64,000 nt of DNA from Phoronis australis (taxonomy: Eukaryota; Animalia; Phoronida): contig NMRA01000015.1 of assembly GCA_002633005.1 (NCBI GenBank), forward strand, positions 1,347,439 to 1,411,438, given 5' to 3'. The notes beneath the pieces are model-generated. The model had not been told where the DNA came from, did no database searches, and saw only the letters and a list, made by a program, of their open reading frames with translations. Below are positions 1 through 14,350 of this stretch, piece after piece (position 1 is the stretch's first letter; each line of letters opens with the position of its first letter). The translations under genes were made by a program, and so were the position numbers.

Positions 1-179
1 GAAATATCAAATGCTCATTGAGTGTGTTTTATAGTCTTTGTTGTTCAAATGAGATAAAATCCTTGAATGGCAACTTACTGGGTTCCGGAAATCACCACAC
101 CGTCAACAGGGTTGGAGTATAATTTTCTGGAGAACGCATTGCTCATCGATACCTCAATGCCAGATCAATATTTAAAAAT

Positions 180-697
180 CACACAAGCTTTTAGGTCAGT
201 ATGTCCAAGTATTCAAGAAGCAGTTACACATCAAAACTGTTTATCGTAACGTTAGAACGAATTCATAAAGAAGTCGATGCCCTAAGAACACGACAGGGAA
301 GGAACGCGATGGCTCAAATGCAATCCCTAGCTAAACAAATGTGTGACTGCTGTAAGTGTACATTTCGCAGGAAATTAGACGCCCAAAGAACGTTTTAAAC
401 TTTTAAAGTAGACATAATAAATGTGATATTCGTCTCTTTCAAAACACTGAACATTTGCTTCCACTAAAAAATTAAACAATATTCCTTGCATGTTTTCATT
501 TTACAGAAATGGGCGAAACCTTTTATGGGTGCACATATTCTAAAATTCATGAAAGTTATAATTTTCAAGATAAATTTTTTCAATGATAAGAAATGAAAGA
601 AGAGTTCTTATATCGTTTAAGGCATTTTCATGCGCTCAGTCACAGTTCTTGCATATGCAATGCCAAACAAGAGTGTCACTATTTTTGGAGCACCCTG
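180..697 (+). mobile_element. Tc1/mariner-like DNA transposon remnant (transposase C-terminus plus right terminal repeat)
   Basis: Ends in GTGTCACTATTTTTGGAGCACCCTG|TA, the reverse complement of a TA|CAGGGTG... mariner-type terminus. The degenerate peptide LERIHKEVDALR...RNAMAQMQSLAKQM (ORF 201-398) resembles Tc1/mariner C-termini. The left end was not found. Confidence 0.5.
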
Positions 698-3619
698 TAC
701 ACCACCGTTAGCGCATATATCCGTTCTTAGGCCTATAAACGCATCCTCCAATATTTAAGAAATACTTGCGTAAAACTTCCGACTATGTTTTCTGGTCCTA
801 GGCAAATCCCAAGACCTAATTTCTACACCTTTATGTCAGTGAAACTTGACTTACACGTTGAAAAATGACATACCTCTATATAAACATGTACTAAGAATAG
901 ATAAAACGCAAATGAATAGCTTCCAAATTATGACATGCTCATACACAAAAGATACCCAACCTTTACCTAGACGTGAAACATATGTGCATGCGATCATAAG
1001 CGAAAGACCAAAGTAAATAAGATTCTGTCAAAAATGCATCATTTCGCATTCTAGGCACATGTGTGATAGGTATTGTGTCCTCCTCTTTTCCTTCCCATGA
1101 CAAGCAACAGTCTAGTTTCTAGAATAGACAACCCAAATCCAATCTCTTAGGTCTCGTAATTTGTCGTAAAAATGACGTAAAGTGTCACAATAACGAAAAC
1201 CGTTTCTCCCAATATGGTCACTAGACTAGCTCCTAGTACGGTATAGCCGATTTACTCCTAATCCGTCGTACGAATGGCGTCTAGTAACGTTGATACTGCG
1301 CGGTCATGAAAGCACCTCTATGTGATGTTGCTACACATTGAACAGCGCTTGTGTCTGTTCGTGCCAGTACTGACGCAAACATAACAGATTGGGAATTTAG
1401 GTTCGCCATATGTCCCGTGATGAACACAACCCGTGCGTTGGCGAAGAGGGTGCCAGAGATACAAACGAGAGTTGGGTTGGTGAAAATGGTTACTTATTAT
1501 AACGTAATAATGCCAATAACTAAAAAATTCAGTCCCTGGAAAGATGGGCACAGAAAATCCGCCACTGACAACAGATGGCTGAGTCGTGCACTGCTTACAG
1601 TATACTTTCAGCTGCTTCTCAAAGAGCTCTTCTACTCCCGAGTAATTGAAAAATGATAGCAAAGAACAAACAAACAATGTTTTATATATTCTCTGTAGCC
1701 CTTTTAAATAGAAAAGTAAACAAGATAAACAGTTAGTCAACTGGGTTTCCAAAAAAGGAAGTCAGAAACTTGACCGGAACCCAGCTCATGATATTCTATT
1801 CATACACTGAATTGATCGACGTTATCGAATGGGCGCCACACAAGGCAGGTCTATCGGCCGGTTGTCTGTGCACTACAGATCCATGACCCCATATATGTGT
1901 GTCTTCGAAATGAATTTTTCCCCAAGGTAAAAAGACGTCATACGAACATATGTGGTTATATTGAGCTGAAGAAGAGTCTCATGTATTGATGACGTACATG
2001 TAACAAACTCAGGGTTTCGAAAAGAGCAACCGGTCACTCGATTCAGCCAACTTAAACTGCATAGAATACATGTATCTAGAGTACTGATGGAGCCTTGGAG
2101 AGAGTAGATAGCCCAACGCTTCAGTTACCTATATCTTTTAGTACTCCTGACAAATAACACGTTGCAAATTACTGGCTACAGCTTTGACAAAGTCGCTACA
2201 TGTCACGAGAGCACTCTGACTTTGAATTCAGTTTTAATGACACAATCCGTTTTATATCTGAAAGAGTAACGTTTTTGCACCATCTTATAACGGAAGGTTG
2301 CTTATCATCTTTGTGCCATTTTGTAGATAAATCAACATCCAAGATTTATTAACTTTATTCCTAACCATGAGTTTGGTCTTTCAAGGTCATTGGAAGTAGT
2401 CCTAAATAGCGTCTATATGAAGGTCACACATGACTTCCCATGATATTAATTCAAACATTAAGACCGACTACAGTCGTGAGTAGAATATATAAAATCTACA
2501 AAAAACATAGAGTAAGACCATAAGGACATTTAAAAACGGATTAAAAAATCAGGAGTCTATATTTACCCTAAATCCTGATGAGAATTAACGGCTTTCAGCG
2601 TGACTCCCTTCAAGTGCAATATTGTCAACTAAAAGCATAGGTGAACATAACCATTGGATATGCTGTAATGGCGTAACCACATGTAATACAAGAGTTGTGT
2701 GCGTGTTTGGGAAATCCAGTTCTTTATAATGTCAATCACAGACCTGGATCCTTTTAAGGAACTACAAGTGGCGACTGTACGGAGTGGTTTTCCAAAATAT
2801 TTTTTTGAAAATTGGGAGCAGGCGTTTAGCAGAACGTAGGTTTCAATCCAGGGAATGCGTCAAGTATATTCGTCTTCCACTCTACTTGAAGAGTTTATGC
2901 CGAGTAATTCTGCTTACTACCGTCCTGTTAGAACTATAACATCCAACTATAGGATGAAATTCATGGACACAATAAACAATTAAAGCCCAAAAGCGCTTTA
3001 GGAAATTCGGCTGTTTCTATGGTTACAATTCAGTCATTACTGGATTGTCATGAAGGTACTTCGTGGCGACACAGATGCATTATATGTTTGATATAATGAA
3101 CGCAGGTCCATTAAATGTTACAAATTAATATACACCTGTCTTAAAAATAAAAGCACAGGCGATGTATTGTCTCGGTTTGTTAATAAATGCCATCATTATC
3201 AACTACACTTGCATAATTTTTAAAGTGAGAAGTTGAATTGATGAAGATGTCTTGGCAGAGGTTCGACTCTTATAACTCTCACAGTAAAGGGTCGTGTCTA
3301 CAGTAGATCCATGTCCCACTACTTTCCTTGTTATCTGTTTGGAGCTGTTAGCATTATAGGAACTGAATTTATGTGTACACAAGGGAATATATGGCGGTGT
3401 GCTCGAGTGCTGCACCAGTCTCGTCAGAGGAAACGTAAATCAACCGAGAGAACACTCACACATGACCTTGTATCCGTGTATGTTGGACCAGGTGAACAGG
3501 GAAGGTATACGGTTACCTGATAACAAACATATGGTCAAGAGTGGAACGCAGTTAACTAGCTCGAGACCGCTTCTCCTTCGTTGCGTAGCCATTTGTGTCC
3601 ATGCATTTGCTGTCTCTCC

Positions 3620-4280
3620 TAAAACAGATAGTATTATATGTTTAACAAATAACACCTACATTGGAGAAACCAAGAGACCGTTCCTTACTAGATTCGAAGA
3701 ACATCTGAAACTAGACAGGCCAACAGCCGTGGGGGAACATATTTTGGCGACTGGGCATACCATCTCTCTTGCGTCATCCAGGATCCTAACCAAGGAACAA
3801 AATTGACATACTCGTAAGCTCAAAGAGGCCATAAACATCAGCAGTCAGCGCCCCCTCTTAAACCGGGACAGAGGACTCCACTTACCCCCGTGTACTCCAC
3901 CATTCTTAGCGAGCGGAAGGCGGGAAATCCCTCATTCATCGACAAAGACCTGCCAACAACCAACCACGTCTCCAGGTAAGTGACCATTTTATATACTACA
4001 ATGCCTCTAGAGACCAATGACGAACCTATTCTCCAACAAATAATGTGTATTAATAGTGGAAACGCGTGCGCGTCGTTATACCGTCGCCCTCGCGACATGA
4101 CTTCCAAGAAAGCATATCGAGTGATCGGGTTTCCCTTCAATTTGTTCGGCCTGTTGGTTTACAGTTTTTGCCGCCTTATGAAGAAGATACGACAGAGTTT
4201 AGTGGAAACGAATTCCGTGGCATTTTTGTACGCCACGGAGGAGACAAATATTACGGAATTAACTACAAACAGATAAAAAA
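3620..4280 (+). mobile_element. Penelope-like retroelement 3' remnant (GIY-YIG endonuclease plus pLTR-like tail)
   Basis: From 3657 it reads YIGETKRPFLTRFEEHLKLDRPTAVGEHILATGHTISLASSRILTKEQN*HTRKLKEAINI, then after a frameshift RPLLNRDRGLHLPPVYSTILS. This is the typical PLE GIY-YIG C-terminus, interrupted by a stop and a frameshift. Confidence 0.9.
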
Positions 4281-6123
4281 CGCACATCTCATTTCGGTTT
4301 GCTTTTGTTGAGAATCTGTGTGGAAGTTGAAAATCTGTTTGCATGGTTTGAAATTGAAAACGTTTCTGTGTTGGTTTTAAGCGTACCATTAAAATAAAAT
4401 TTAAAACGACTGCTTGAGCGATGAAGTTTATATTTGGCTAATAGTTTTGTTTAACTATATGATAACTTATACATACGCAGTAGCAAATGAAACTAAGTGA
4501 AAACTTGCCGCTTAAAGTGTAACACGAGACCAACTCAGTGACAACAGTCAGTTTCAGTGCGCTCAGTTTACAAATGTAATGTTCATATACGCGAACACTT
4601 TACACTGTTTGTGCAGATGCATGTGTGAAGTCTTAACAAATGCCCTCAATGTTCACGAACTACTAAATCCTGGCTACGTAACAGGTTCTTTTTGCCTAAT
4701 CATGTAATGACTCTCACATTTCCTGGCATACGTTTATTGTAATGGTAATCACGTTAATTTTTTAAAATTACAATTACCATCTGTACCGTCATGTACTAAC
4801 TAGAAACAATGCAAACACAGCTCTTAAGACATATATCTTAAAAAGAAATGAACCCAAAACATGCTATATTGGATCAGGATATTGTGTGCTTTCTTCCTGA
4901 AACGATGGCAAAATTTTAGTTTTTCTAAAAATAGCGCCTTCGGGAAATTTCCAAAAGATACCCGTGAGGCGCTTATTGGGCATTTTTTCAAGGTTACCAT
5001 CCATAACCACAGATGTAGTATTCTGTGGGCTCTTTGATGGTGTCTGGAGCAGGCGGAGCCCGGCTCCCCAGACTGCCTACACCTTATCGACCAGTTTATG
5101 CATATGTTTGTCGTTATTGTTACTTTCGCTGTAATTATAATCGCATTCTTTCGAAAATATTCATGACAAAGTTGCACGTATGATCTTTATTATCAAAGGT
5201 GTCGCTGCGGATTTTATCATTATAAAACACGGCCTGTATTCAAGATGTTTAATATTAAGTAATTATTAACCCCAAAAGATCAGAGTTATTCCATATCTAA
5301 ACATGTTAATTAAAACATGTCATTAGAGGCGCATAATGAAGTTGTAAGCCTATTGTGGAAATGGTCGATAACAATGTTATCTAAGGAAATAGGACTACAT
5401 ATAAAAATTCTAAGGAAATAGGATGGGAATGAGTGACCGCAAGACTAACACCCAGCACATAAACTGATTTTTATGCCCATCTAATAAAGTTGTAAAACGA
5501 GGTTTTTATACTAGACTGTAGTGTCTATTTATCTTGAGAAATGGTCATTACTTTTTGTCACTTTTATTCGGTTTCTTGCATACGCCTTTCTGTTTTGTAG
5601 AACTGTTACTCCAGTTATGAATGGTATTTCACTCTTTAAAGTTTTTGTCTCACGCGTTGTTAACCCTTATTACATGGTTAGAAGATGTAATAAGCATCCA
5701 AGAAGTACCTACCAGATAACTAATACACGATCCGTACTCGAAAACAGTTTAAATGAACGCGCCACTCACGATTCGCACCCGAAGAAACACCGCCATTTTG
5801 AACTTGCCGCGAACCCGGAAGTACAATTCATTCAGGAACCCAGGCCGAGAAAACGCCGTCAGTGCGACTGGAGCAGTGCCTGTACTGTTACCAGCCAGCA
5901 AACGGGGATAAAAAATCGACAGCGCGCCTTAATTTTGATAAAATCAAACTACGGACAATTTTATGGAATTTGCTGAAGAAATGTGGCGAATAAATTTTGA
6001 CAGAAATTATTTTGCCAGACTCGGGACCGCACTCCTATCGGACCCGGTGCGGATCGAGACCAGACACTGGCGAACGGTAAATGCATGCGGTTGCAAGCTG
6101 CTTTGTCGAAGTAAAATGGTCAA

Positions 6124-6232
6124 NNNNNNNNNNNNNNNNNNNNNNNNNNNNNNNNNNNNNNNNNNNNNNNNNNNNNNNNNNNNNNNNNNNNNNNNNNNNN
6201 NNNNNNNNNNNNNNNNNNNNNNNNNNNNNNNN
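6124..6232. other. Assembly gap (109 N)
   Basis: Run of N in the sequence. Confidence 1.
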
Positions 6233-7219
6233 CAAAATAATGAAGACTTTTCGAGCAAGCCATAGCACATTCAGTTACAAGGAAAAAATGGCGGCGTTCA
6301 GGACAAGTTCCTGAACTGATGAGCCGGAAATGTGGGTACGGAAATAACCGATGACAACCGGTAATCATACGCTCAGAGAGAAGGGTCAAATACTGTTACA
6401 AAATCGCTTTTGTCAAGAAAGGCGAAAAGAATATAAACAAAGGTTGTCGAAAATAAGAATTTATGTAGTAAGTATTTTCGGATACTGGAACCACATGGGC
6501 AGTTTGCAACAAGGACTTTAAATATATTTATGTGAGCATATGGACCCGTCTTATTCCCCCTCATTTCGGACAACTCCACTAATTCCTTTTCCACGTCGCT
6601 TTCCCAGCCTACTTATTGGACTATTGTTATCCCGTGACTCTTAGTTTTGTCAGCTCTTGGCTCTTATTGGTTGTCCCGTGTCCTTATGAATTCTCTTTCT
6701 TATCCAATCTCGTGTTTCAGTTCATCTTCTTTGCTACGGTCACAATATGGCGTACGTCCGAAAACTTAGATACTTTCCCCACTCCCTACCATCCTCCATT
6801 TTGGCATTTTCTCGTGGCCAGCGCTTTTTATTGCCCATCTTACCAGAGATCTTTTATTTTACTAATTTTCCATTCTCTATCTATTACTTGTATTTGCCAT
6901 AATGAATGACCTTATATCGCCTCCCTCGGTCTCATTTTCATCTCTGGTAACGAGCTTGTGACGCATGTATCATTTAATATATATTACTCGGGACATATCA
7001 TTCATTGCGGGCTCTTTGTACACGCCCTTGAGGGAATTTTCCCTTATGCCCATCTTGCAGTGTGTTCGATGTTATTTATGCCATAATAGACATTTTCAAC
7101 CATTTACCTCTCATTTCTCCAAAACATGACATTTGCAAAATAAATTTGATTAAAAATTTTAACAATCCTTCTTCGGGGTTGATGCTTTGTTATAAACTGG
7201 GCCCGCATATAAACTTTAA

Positions 7220-9124
7220 AGTTATCTCAAACCTTATTTAGTGGCCTACTCTCGTATATCAAAAAACTAAGCTTTGCCAGCTATTAAAAGTATATATTTT
7301 CTGAAAGAAGAAAGATCAGGTAATATAGAAATATGTGTTATATTCATGTACCTTTATTATTTTTACATAAAAACTTTTAAGTCAAAATTTAATTTTTAAG
7401 AAAGTTACATTCATAGCAAAATAACCCCTGGGTGGATTAATCTTTTTTAAATGAAAACTTTACCATTTACCTCAAAAACGCTATCAGGAAATTTCGATTG
7501 GTCTTTTCGTTTGGTTTCTATGACAAATCAACTCGCAAAATGTAAGGCATTTTTGTAAAAAATAGCAGTCGTGGTCGTCCTTGTTACATTAAGCAAAAAA
7601 ACTAGGCTTTTATATTAAAAATAGTAGCAGAGTTTTTGAGATTGATGAATAAATATCAAGTTTGGAAAGTTTCAGGGAAATCTACCGAACCGTTTTCGAA
7701 AACTCGTGTTCCTAAGTTCAAATTAAGCCTATTTGCCAAGCCGAAATCAAACCATTAAACTGGGGAGATTGATAATCTCAAGGTCTTCTGTTAATTATTC
7801 GGTGAAAACTTGTTTTCGGTCAATATGATTTATGCATCCCTAACCGTGTTAGCTATTTCAACTTTCACGCGCACTGTCAACTGAATTTGCAGCGCGTAAT
7901 TAACTTAATTATCGTTTAAACGTTAATTCTTTTTTACCGTCCCGTCGAGAGTTGGAATCAAAAGTAGGTCAACCGTTCATTATTAATACAAACCACACGC
8001 CGGGAGACTGATACGAAACTAAGTAAGAAATGGATAACAGAAATCCGAGTCCCTAGTTAAAGCAAGAGTGTGCGAAGAATTGTAACACTCCTTGGCTGAA
8101 GCACGTCGTTTTAGTATGAGATCGAAATGTCAAATTACCTATCGAATTAAGGAATTTGGGTGAGGCTTTAAAAGTCTTTTCACAACTTGCTGAGTTCGTG
8201 ACCACAGAGTTACAGAGGCGTGAGACGAATCCGACCATTCGTTCTCAACGGTCGCATGCATGTAGACACACAACTCCCTCAAAACTAGGTTTTGTCTTAG
8301 TTTTCCCCGGCACCGTTCTATCATTTGTACACTTCGTTGACTCAATATTATGATGACTTGGTGGATGAAAGAACTGAGGGTACATAAGAAGCTGCTTTGT
8401 ATCTGGCGGGAGATTCGATTTGAGTGACAGCCCTGTAACCTTTGACCTAAGATAAGTAGTTAACAAATTTCCACGCTGCTGTGGGGTTCCAAGGAGGTTC
8501 TACTAAATTATTTTTCTCGCTACACGTTATATATTTCGTATCTGAAGTTCCCCGAGAATGAAGATAAGGTAGTTTGCGAAACATGTGTTAAATATTGTGA
8601 ATATGGTATTAGATATCCTTAAGATTTTATAGGACCCTATAAAAGTGTCCTAATTAGGCCAACTTCGAAATATGTCAGAAACGTCTGATTGGATTCATAT
8701 GAAACGTTCGGATACAATGTTTTATGCACTGTTCTAAAAACGCTTTTAGGAATTGTTTTAACAATATTCCACTTTTGTTTGGGGAGCTATCAAAATGGTA
8801 CTTTTATGATTTTCATTAAAAATCTTTACAATTGATACAACGAAATCGATAATAATATTTACAAACTGTAACAGCGTTTTAAATATCTCATCTTGAACAT
8901 TTATATCCGATGAAATTTGACCATGGGATTGATTCTTTTTTTGCTAAATTTTACTAAAAAGACGTGGTCACGTGTCTCAATTAATAACAGCTTGCTAAAA
9001 ATTCAAAAGTCAAATTTCGCGGCCTTTCTACTTTCAGAAAATATATACTTTTACTATGTTAAATTTATACTTTTCTAGATATTTTGTTAAAAGCACACAT
9101 TTGTCGATAAGGTCCTACATAACC
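7220..9124. mobile_element. Non-autonomous TIR DNA transposon with TTAA target site (Kolobok-like)
   Basis: TTAA at 7216-7219 and 9125-9128. Imperfect inverted termini AGTTAT..ACCTTAT / ATAAGGT..ATAACC, with a shared subterminal block TAAAAGTATATATTTTCTGAAAG(A/T)AGAAAG in inverted orientation (about 7285-7313 vs 9024-9052). No ORF. Confidence 0.6.
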
Positions 9125-12100
9125 TTAAAGCCTGGCGTCACTACATTTAGCCTGAACAAAATAACACCACGTGTAACCTACAAGCTGTTCTAAAACAGTC
9201 TACATTATTTAGATTAACACAGTGTACGAGTGTGTTTGGAATATTTTTTACAGCTTGAGCCTGTGACACGTGACAGAATGTTATTGAATCTTAGCCAAAT
9301 CTGACCCTGATGTTTTGGGGAAATTGAAAACAAACCATGTTGTAGTTTCAGCCGTAAATGCGGACATCTTCAGGTCAACAGTGTATAGGAGCAAATGAAC
9401 AATAGCTTGTTTTACTAATGGTTTCTAACGCCGGCTACTGATCTCTATACATTAGCACCTCGTGGTTTTTGGAAATTGGTCTGAAGTGAATATTAAACTT
9501 TGGTGGTTGATTTGAGAAAAACTGGCGCTCTGTTATTGCTAGTGGTTTAAGACAAGGCCCTGGTTGATAATTTTCATGCACAAAGCAAGGTAAATACCAA
9601 TAAAATGTCATTTCATAACGTGCCCAGAGTCCACTAGTAAAGCAAGAAGTCGAGACCAATTTTATAACTTACGATAAAAGATCGAAATCAAAAGATATTT
9701 TTACATATCTGGATTCCTAGCAGCTTTAACATATTTCATTCCATATGCGTTACATGTCGAATCCTCACAATTCCATCATAGGCATTCCCAGCATTGGGAT
9801 TTAGTCATGACGCATGCTCATCGCACTTTATACTTGGTCTGCGGCTTCTCATCGGAATGGCACGGGAACGACTCACACGCTCGTCTATGTGTGGCATTTT
9901 TTCCCAGCCCTTCAAGATGAAGGCAATACTGTCGGTCAATATCGAATTACACACAAGAACAACGCGTGCTTCTGCATAAAAATAACAGTTAACAGCCGCA
10001 GAATCCTTACTGAACGAATGTTGGCGTAGGCAAACCACAACCTATGACCCCACCTGATTCTGTCATTATTGTTTACGAAATTATTAGACTTCATGAACGT
10101 CGTGATTAACCATGTATATGGACATCACGTTAAAAAGTTTTCCCAAGAAGTCATTAAGACTTCATTCAAAGTAACGATTTCTGAATCCAAATATACGAGT
10201 CATTCAATCATAGCAAGAGGTCAAATGCCTTGTTAAAAATATTGACTATTTAGTTGGTGTAAATATTTTTATCAAGGCTGTTAAAAATTATAGAAATACA
10301 ACAATATTCGACTACTCAACTCTAGCATTTAGTTTTCTCTGTTCAGTTGACACATATAACGATGAGGACTTGTGGTTTTGTTATCCTGTATATACATGTA
10401 GTTGTCCAGTTCAAAACAATGTAGAGTAATACAGACCAGGTCGTGGTGAAGTACAACACTTACCTACTCCGCCCTGGCCTTTTCTTCACTGGTGAATTTG
10501 TAGCAGTAAGAATCAAGTTTGATCGTTATGCCAGGAGGGTAAAACAAGAGAAAACCATCGAATCATGGCTTGTGAGCCTACAATACAATCACGCCATACA
10601 CGTTGCGCGGGTTCGTGACCCATTGACTGAACTCAACCGCATGAACTTATGAGGTCATGGGAGAGATTTTTTGCGTGAGGCCTGGAGCCATAAATATATT
10701 TTACATGGCGCACAAGAATGAACGTGATTATGAAAACCAGTTCAATTAATTCCGTGTTGTTTATGGATATTGCGCTGATTTTCGACGAGAAAAAATACCG
10801 GTAACTTGTCATTGAAAAACTAGCGTATGCCAGTTTCGGTGAAATTAGAGCAAGCCAAAGTACCAAGGGGGGCTACTGAGACGAAAATTTGAAATCCAAG
10901 GGATGTTTGTTCAATAAATACACCCACTGAATAGCTGCGATGAACGTAGTTCGCCCAGCTCCCCATAGTTACTGTTCACAAGCGTACAATAATCAAGGGA
11001 AAAGTCCCAAACAACTGTACGTCAGCACATGTTACCGATGGTTTTTTACTGAAAACGACACCACATAAAGTCTCAATATCAAAAAGGTCTCGAGAAAAAA
11101 TGAACTGATACTTCCAGGCGTATGTTCTATATAAGGTTGTCCGACTTAACAGAGGAATTCGGAACCGTTAGTGACCCTGCCATGGTAAAATGCGATAAGA
11201 GAAAAATAGAAATTCGGACATGCCAATTTCCCATTAGTATAACTATAGAACTTTGACAGGGTAGAGTTCAGTAGCTGTGTTGGGGCGAGAAAAATCTAGC
11301 TAAGATCACGTGCTCTGATTGAAAATGCACGAAAATATATCTCGCGAGGTGAGGTATTAGGGTAATAGAACTTGACCCAGGTCTACAGTTCTGTGAAGGT
11401 ACCTGTCGGGAACCTGTATAGTCAGAAAGCAGCATATTTTACCGGCTTCGTAATATCTCAGGTATAAGCCCGAGTGTATTTTAGGAAACAGGGTGTATAT
11501 AATCACAAAACGTGCCTGACATGGAAATGAGGACCAATGTGTAGTTCAGAGATGACACCAATGGTATCGTTAGTAAAGTTCACAGATAAGTGAAAAAAGT
11601 AATGAAATAAAGTAATGCCCCGTTTCTCTTGACGATGTTTTGTAATCGATGACACCGAATATCATTCTGGGATACCCTTGAAATTTTAATTGAGGCTCAG
11701 TTAATTGGTCCATGGCTGTATTCGGCAGAATACAGACCCGTGGGGTTATATATGTGGGGCCCGGTGGGGGGGGGTTGCTTGGGAAAATCAACAATATTTA
11801 TCGTATTTGGTTTTCTCAAAGACTACTGGGAAAATCTGATGTGTAGACGAAAATCTTGTATGCGACAATTGAATATTGAAAAATGTAGTATGAGGAAAAC
11901 CTGAACGTACTAAACCACCTGTGAATATGGTTGGTAGCTTTTACTTCGTTTTATTGTTAAAAAGTAACCCCAGATAATTAATTTTTTTGGAATGTGCAAG
12001 CAGTTTACTATTCTCATACGAGTCAACTGAAACAGGTGACCCCAAAATATTTCATGGCATCAAGGGTGAAACGTTGACAACTACGGGGAAACGATATGTG

Positions 12101-12360
12101 ATACTAACGACAAAGTAGTCTATTTGGTAACGAAGATGTGCGCTTTAGCAGCGACCAGGGGTAGGGAACGAAAATGGTGGCGGCTGGAATATAGCTAACG
12201 TATTGCAAATTATATGTGCCACCAAAATTGTTTAACATCTTTTTAAGGTCCGGCATAATTTACGTCTCTCTTACCCGCCCGTTGGCAGCTACCTTGAATT
12301 GTTCTTAGCATCATTATATAATCTGGCCCACGAAAACTTGAATTTTAAATTAGCTCTCAG

Positions 12361-12674
12361 TATTGGAATGTGTTTGTGACAGGTTTCCATGGTTTATTTA
12401 GCTTAGGTATTTCCTGTACATGTTCTGTTTAAAGTTATTATTGCTACCTCTTGACATATATTTACAAATCATTCCAGCCCTATCCAATCTTCTCCATTGG
12501 TTAGTTTTACATTTGGCGCACATTCTGATTGGTCGAATAGGTTCACTTGCATGTTATATGTAATATCTTTATACTATCACACCAGAAGCTTTTAATACAT
12601 CATACCGAACACAAGTACTTTTTCTCTTCGAACCACCTCGGGTTTTATCTTTGAACAATGAAAACCCCGCCACA
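12361..12674 (+). repeat. 5' LTR of the BEL/Pao element
   Basis: Direct repeat of 13909-14219, ends in CA, followed by the PBS. Confidence 0.93.
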
Positions 12675-13908
12675 TCTTTTTGGTGCCGTGACTCAACGCT
12701 TCTCACTACACTATGTCAGAAAGCAAGGCACAACTGCCAGCCAGAAGATGAGGCAACCGAGCTTCCTTCACAAATTAAGAGATATACGCAGCTACAAGAA
12801 CAACACTCCACTGAAAGACGTCAGCGAGGAAATTTTTAACTTGAATACTACACTCAACACGCTTTCCGACCTGGACACCTCAATCGCTCAATTCATACAG
12901 TAAAATGAGCTGGACACAATTTGCAAAGAAGCGATTGATTACATTGAGGATAGAAAACAACAACTGATTAACATCAAAAACTCGGTAAAACAAGTGCAGG
13001 AACAACCTTCATTCGTTCATACCTCCACCTGTCACAACGCCGCAGCCTCACCATGGATTTCGACTACCGACCCTACAATTGCAGAAGTTCAGTGAGGATA
13101 TCATGGAATTTCAACAGTTTTGGGATTTATTCGATGGCAGTGTCCATAGTCAGTCATTACCTCCTCTTCAGAAGTTTGTATATCTGAAATCTCTCCCCAC
13201 CGATGAACCACTTCGACTTATCGATGGACTATCAATAGACAATAGCAATTACACCATCGCGGTCCAGCTTCTTGCAGAGCTATACGGATCTACCTCTGAA
13301 ATCAAGTCAGCCCTCATCGAATCTATCACCAGCATGGATGCACCCACACAAGCCACCTTGCCAGCATCCGTTCGTTTTATGACAGCCTAGAGACGACCCA
13401 AATTTTGGGGCGTCAGCAGTATAGCTACGATACGCAAGACGTTCCAACATGTTACATGCGTTTACTTGGCGATGGAAATCCGAGTATCTTACATCTCTTC
13501 GCGAGTATCACAATATCAAATCTGGTTGCCAATCCGTGAACATCAATTGTGGTGACATCGTTCTTATCAGTGACGAAAATACCCCACGTGTTATGTGGAA
13601 TATGGGCAAAGTGGAAAAACTCAATCGCGTTAACGATGAACATGTGCGTTCTGTGGTTCTCAAAACGAAATAACCAGTAGACCCATTAAGAAACTTTACC
13701 CCTTGGAAACGTCATCATAAACTGCACGATACGGACTCCATATAACTTACTCGATTGTGACATGTATATCTTGTTTACTAGTCCTATTGTCTTGTTTCAC
13801 ATTTGTTTGCTGTTTTAGTTCCGTATTGACTTATTTTATGTTTGCCTAATTTATTTCTCGTTTCGACCATTTCCTATTATTTTCACCATTTTTCACGCCC
13901 GGGGAGAA

Positions 13909-14219
13909 TATTGGGATGTGTTTGTGACAGGTTTTCATGATTTATTTAGCTTAGGTATTTCCTGTACATGTTCAATTTAAAGTTATTAATTGTCACCTCC
14001 TGACATATATTTACAAATCATCACAGCCCAAGCTAATCTTCTTCATTGGTTGGTTTTATATTTGGCGCACATTCTGATTGATCGAATAGTCTCACTTGCA
14101 TGTTATATGTTATATCTTTATACTATCACACCAGAAGCTTTTAATACATCATAGCGAACACAAGTACTTTTTCTCTCCGAATCGCCTCGGGTTTTATCTT
14201 TGTACAATAAAAACCCACA
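13909..14219 (+). repeat. 3' LTR of the BEL/Pao element
   Basis: Preceded by the PPT and followed by TSD CTCAG. Confidence 0.93.
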
Positions 14220-14350
14220 CTCAGTGGGAGCGACAAGCGTTAAACAATAGTTATAATCATGGTTCGGTTGTTGTTGGAACACAACAGTTGAATGAACAAA
14301 TGCAATTCATGTATCCGATACCAAAAAATGTAAGCCTGTAGGTACCAGTA

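Larger units (their letters stand above)
12361..14219 (+). mobile_element. Internally deleted BEL/Pao LTR retrotransposon
   Basis: LTRs at 12361-12674 and 13909-14219. 5-bp TSD CTCAG (12356-12360 and 14220-14224). PBS TGGTGCCGTGACTC at 12681, complementary to the tRNA-His 3' end. PPT GGGGAGAA at 13901-13908. BEL gag-like LQKFSEDIMEFQQFWDLFDGSVH..KFVYLKS (13079-13390) and BEL C-terminal FTWRWKSEYLTSLREYH..GDIVLI.DENTPR.W..GKV (13449-13710). Confidence 0.95.

Noticed and set aside
1318-1752. Overlapping 144-aa and 101-aa ORFs as a gene
   Set aside because: No recognisable motif, non-ATG starts, and no convincing splice structure.
5521-5976. 151-aa ORF
   Set aside because: GTG start, low-information AT-rich translation running into transposon-like subterminal sequence; no recognisable homology.
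6316-6345. CTGATGAGCCGGAAA as a hammerhead core
   Set aside because: No properly closed stem II before GAAA and no stem I or III; it lies in transposon-end-like sequence beside the gap.
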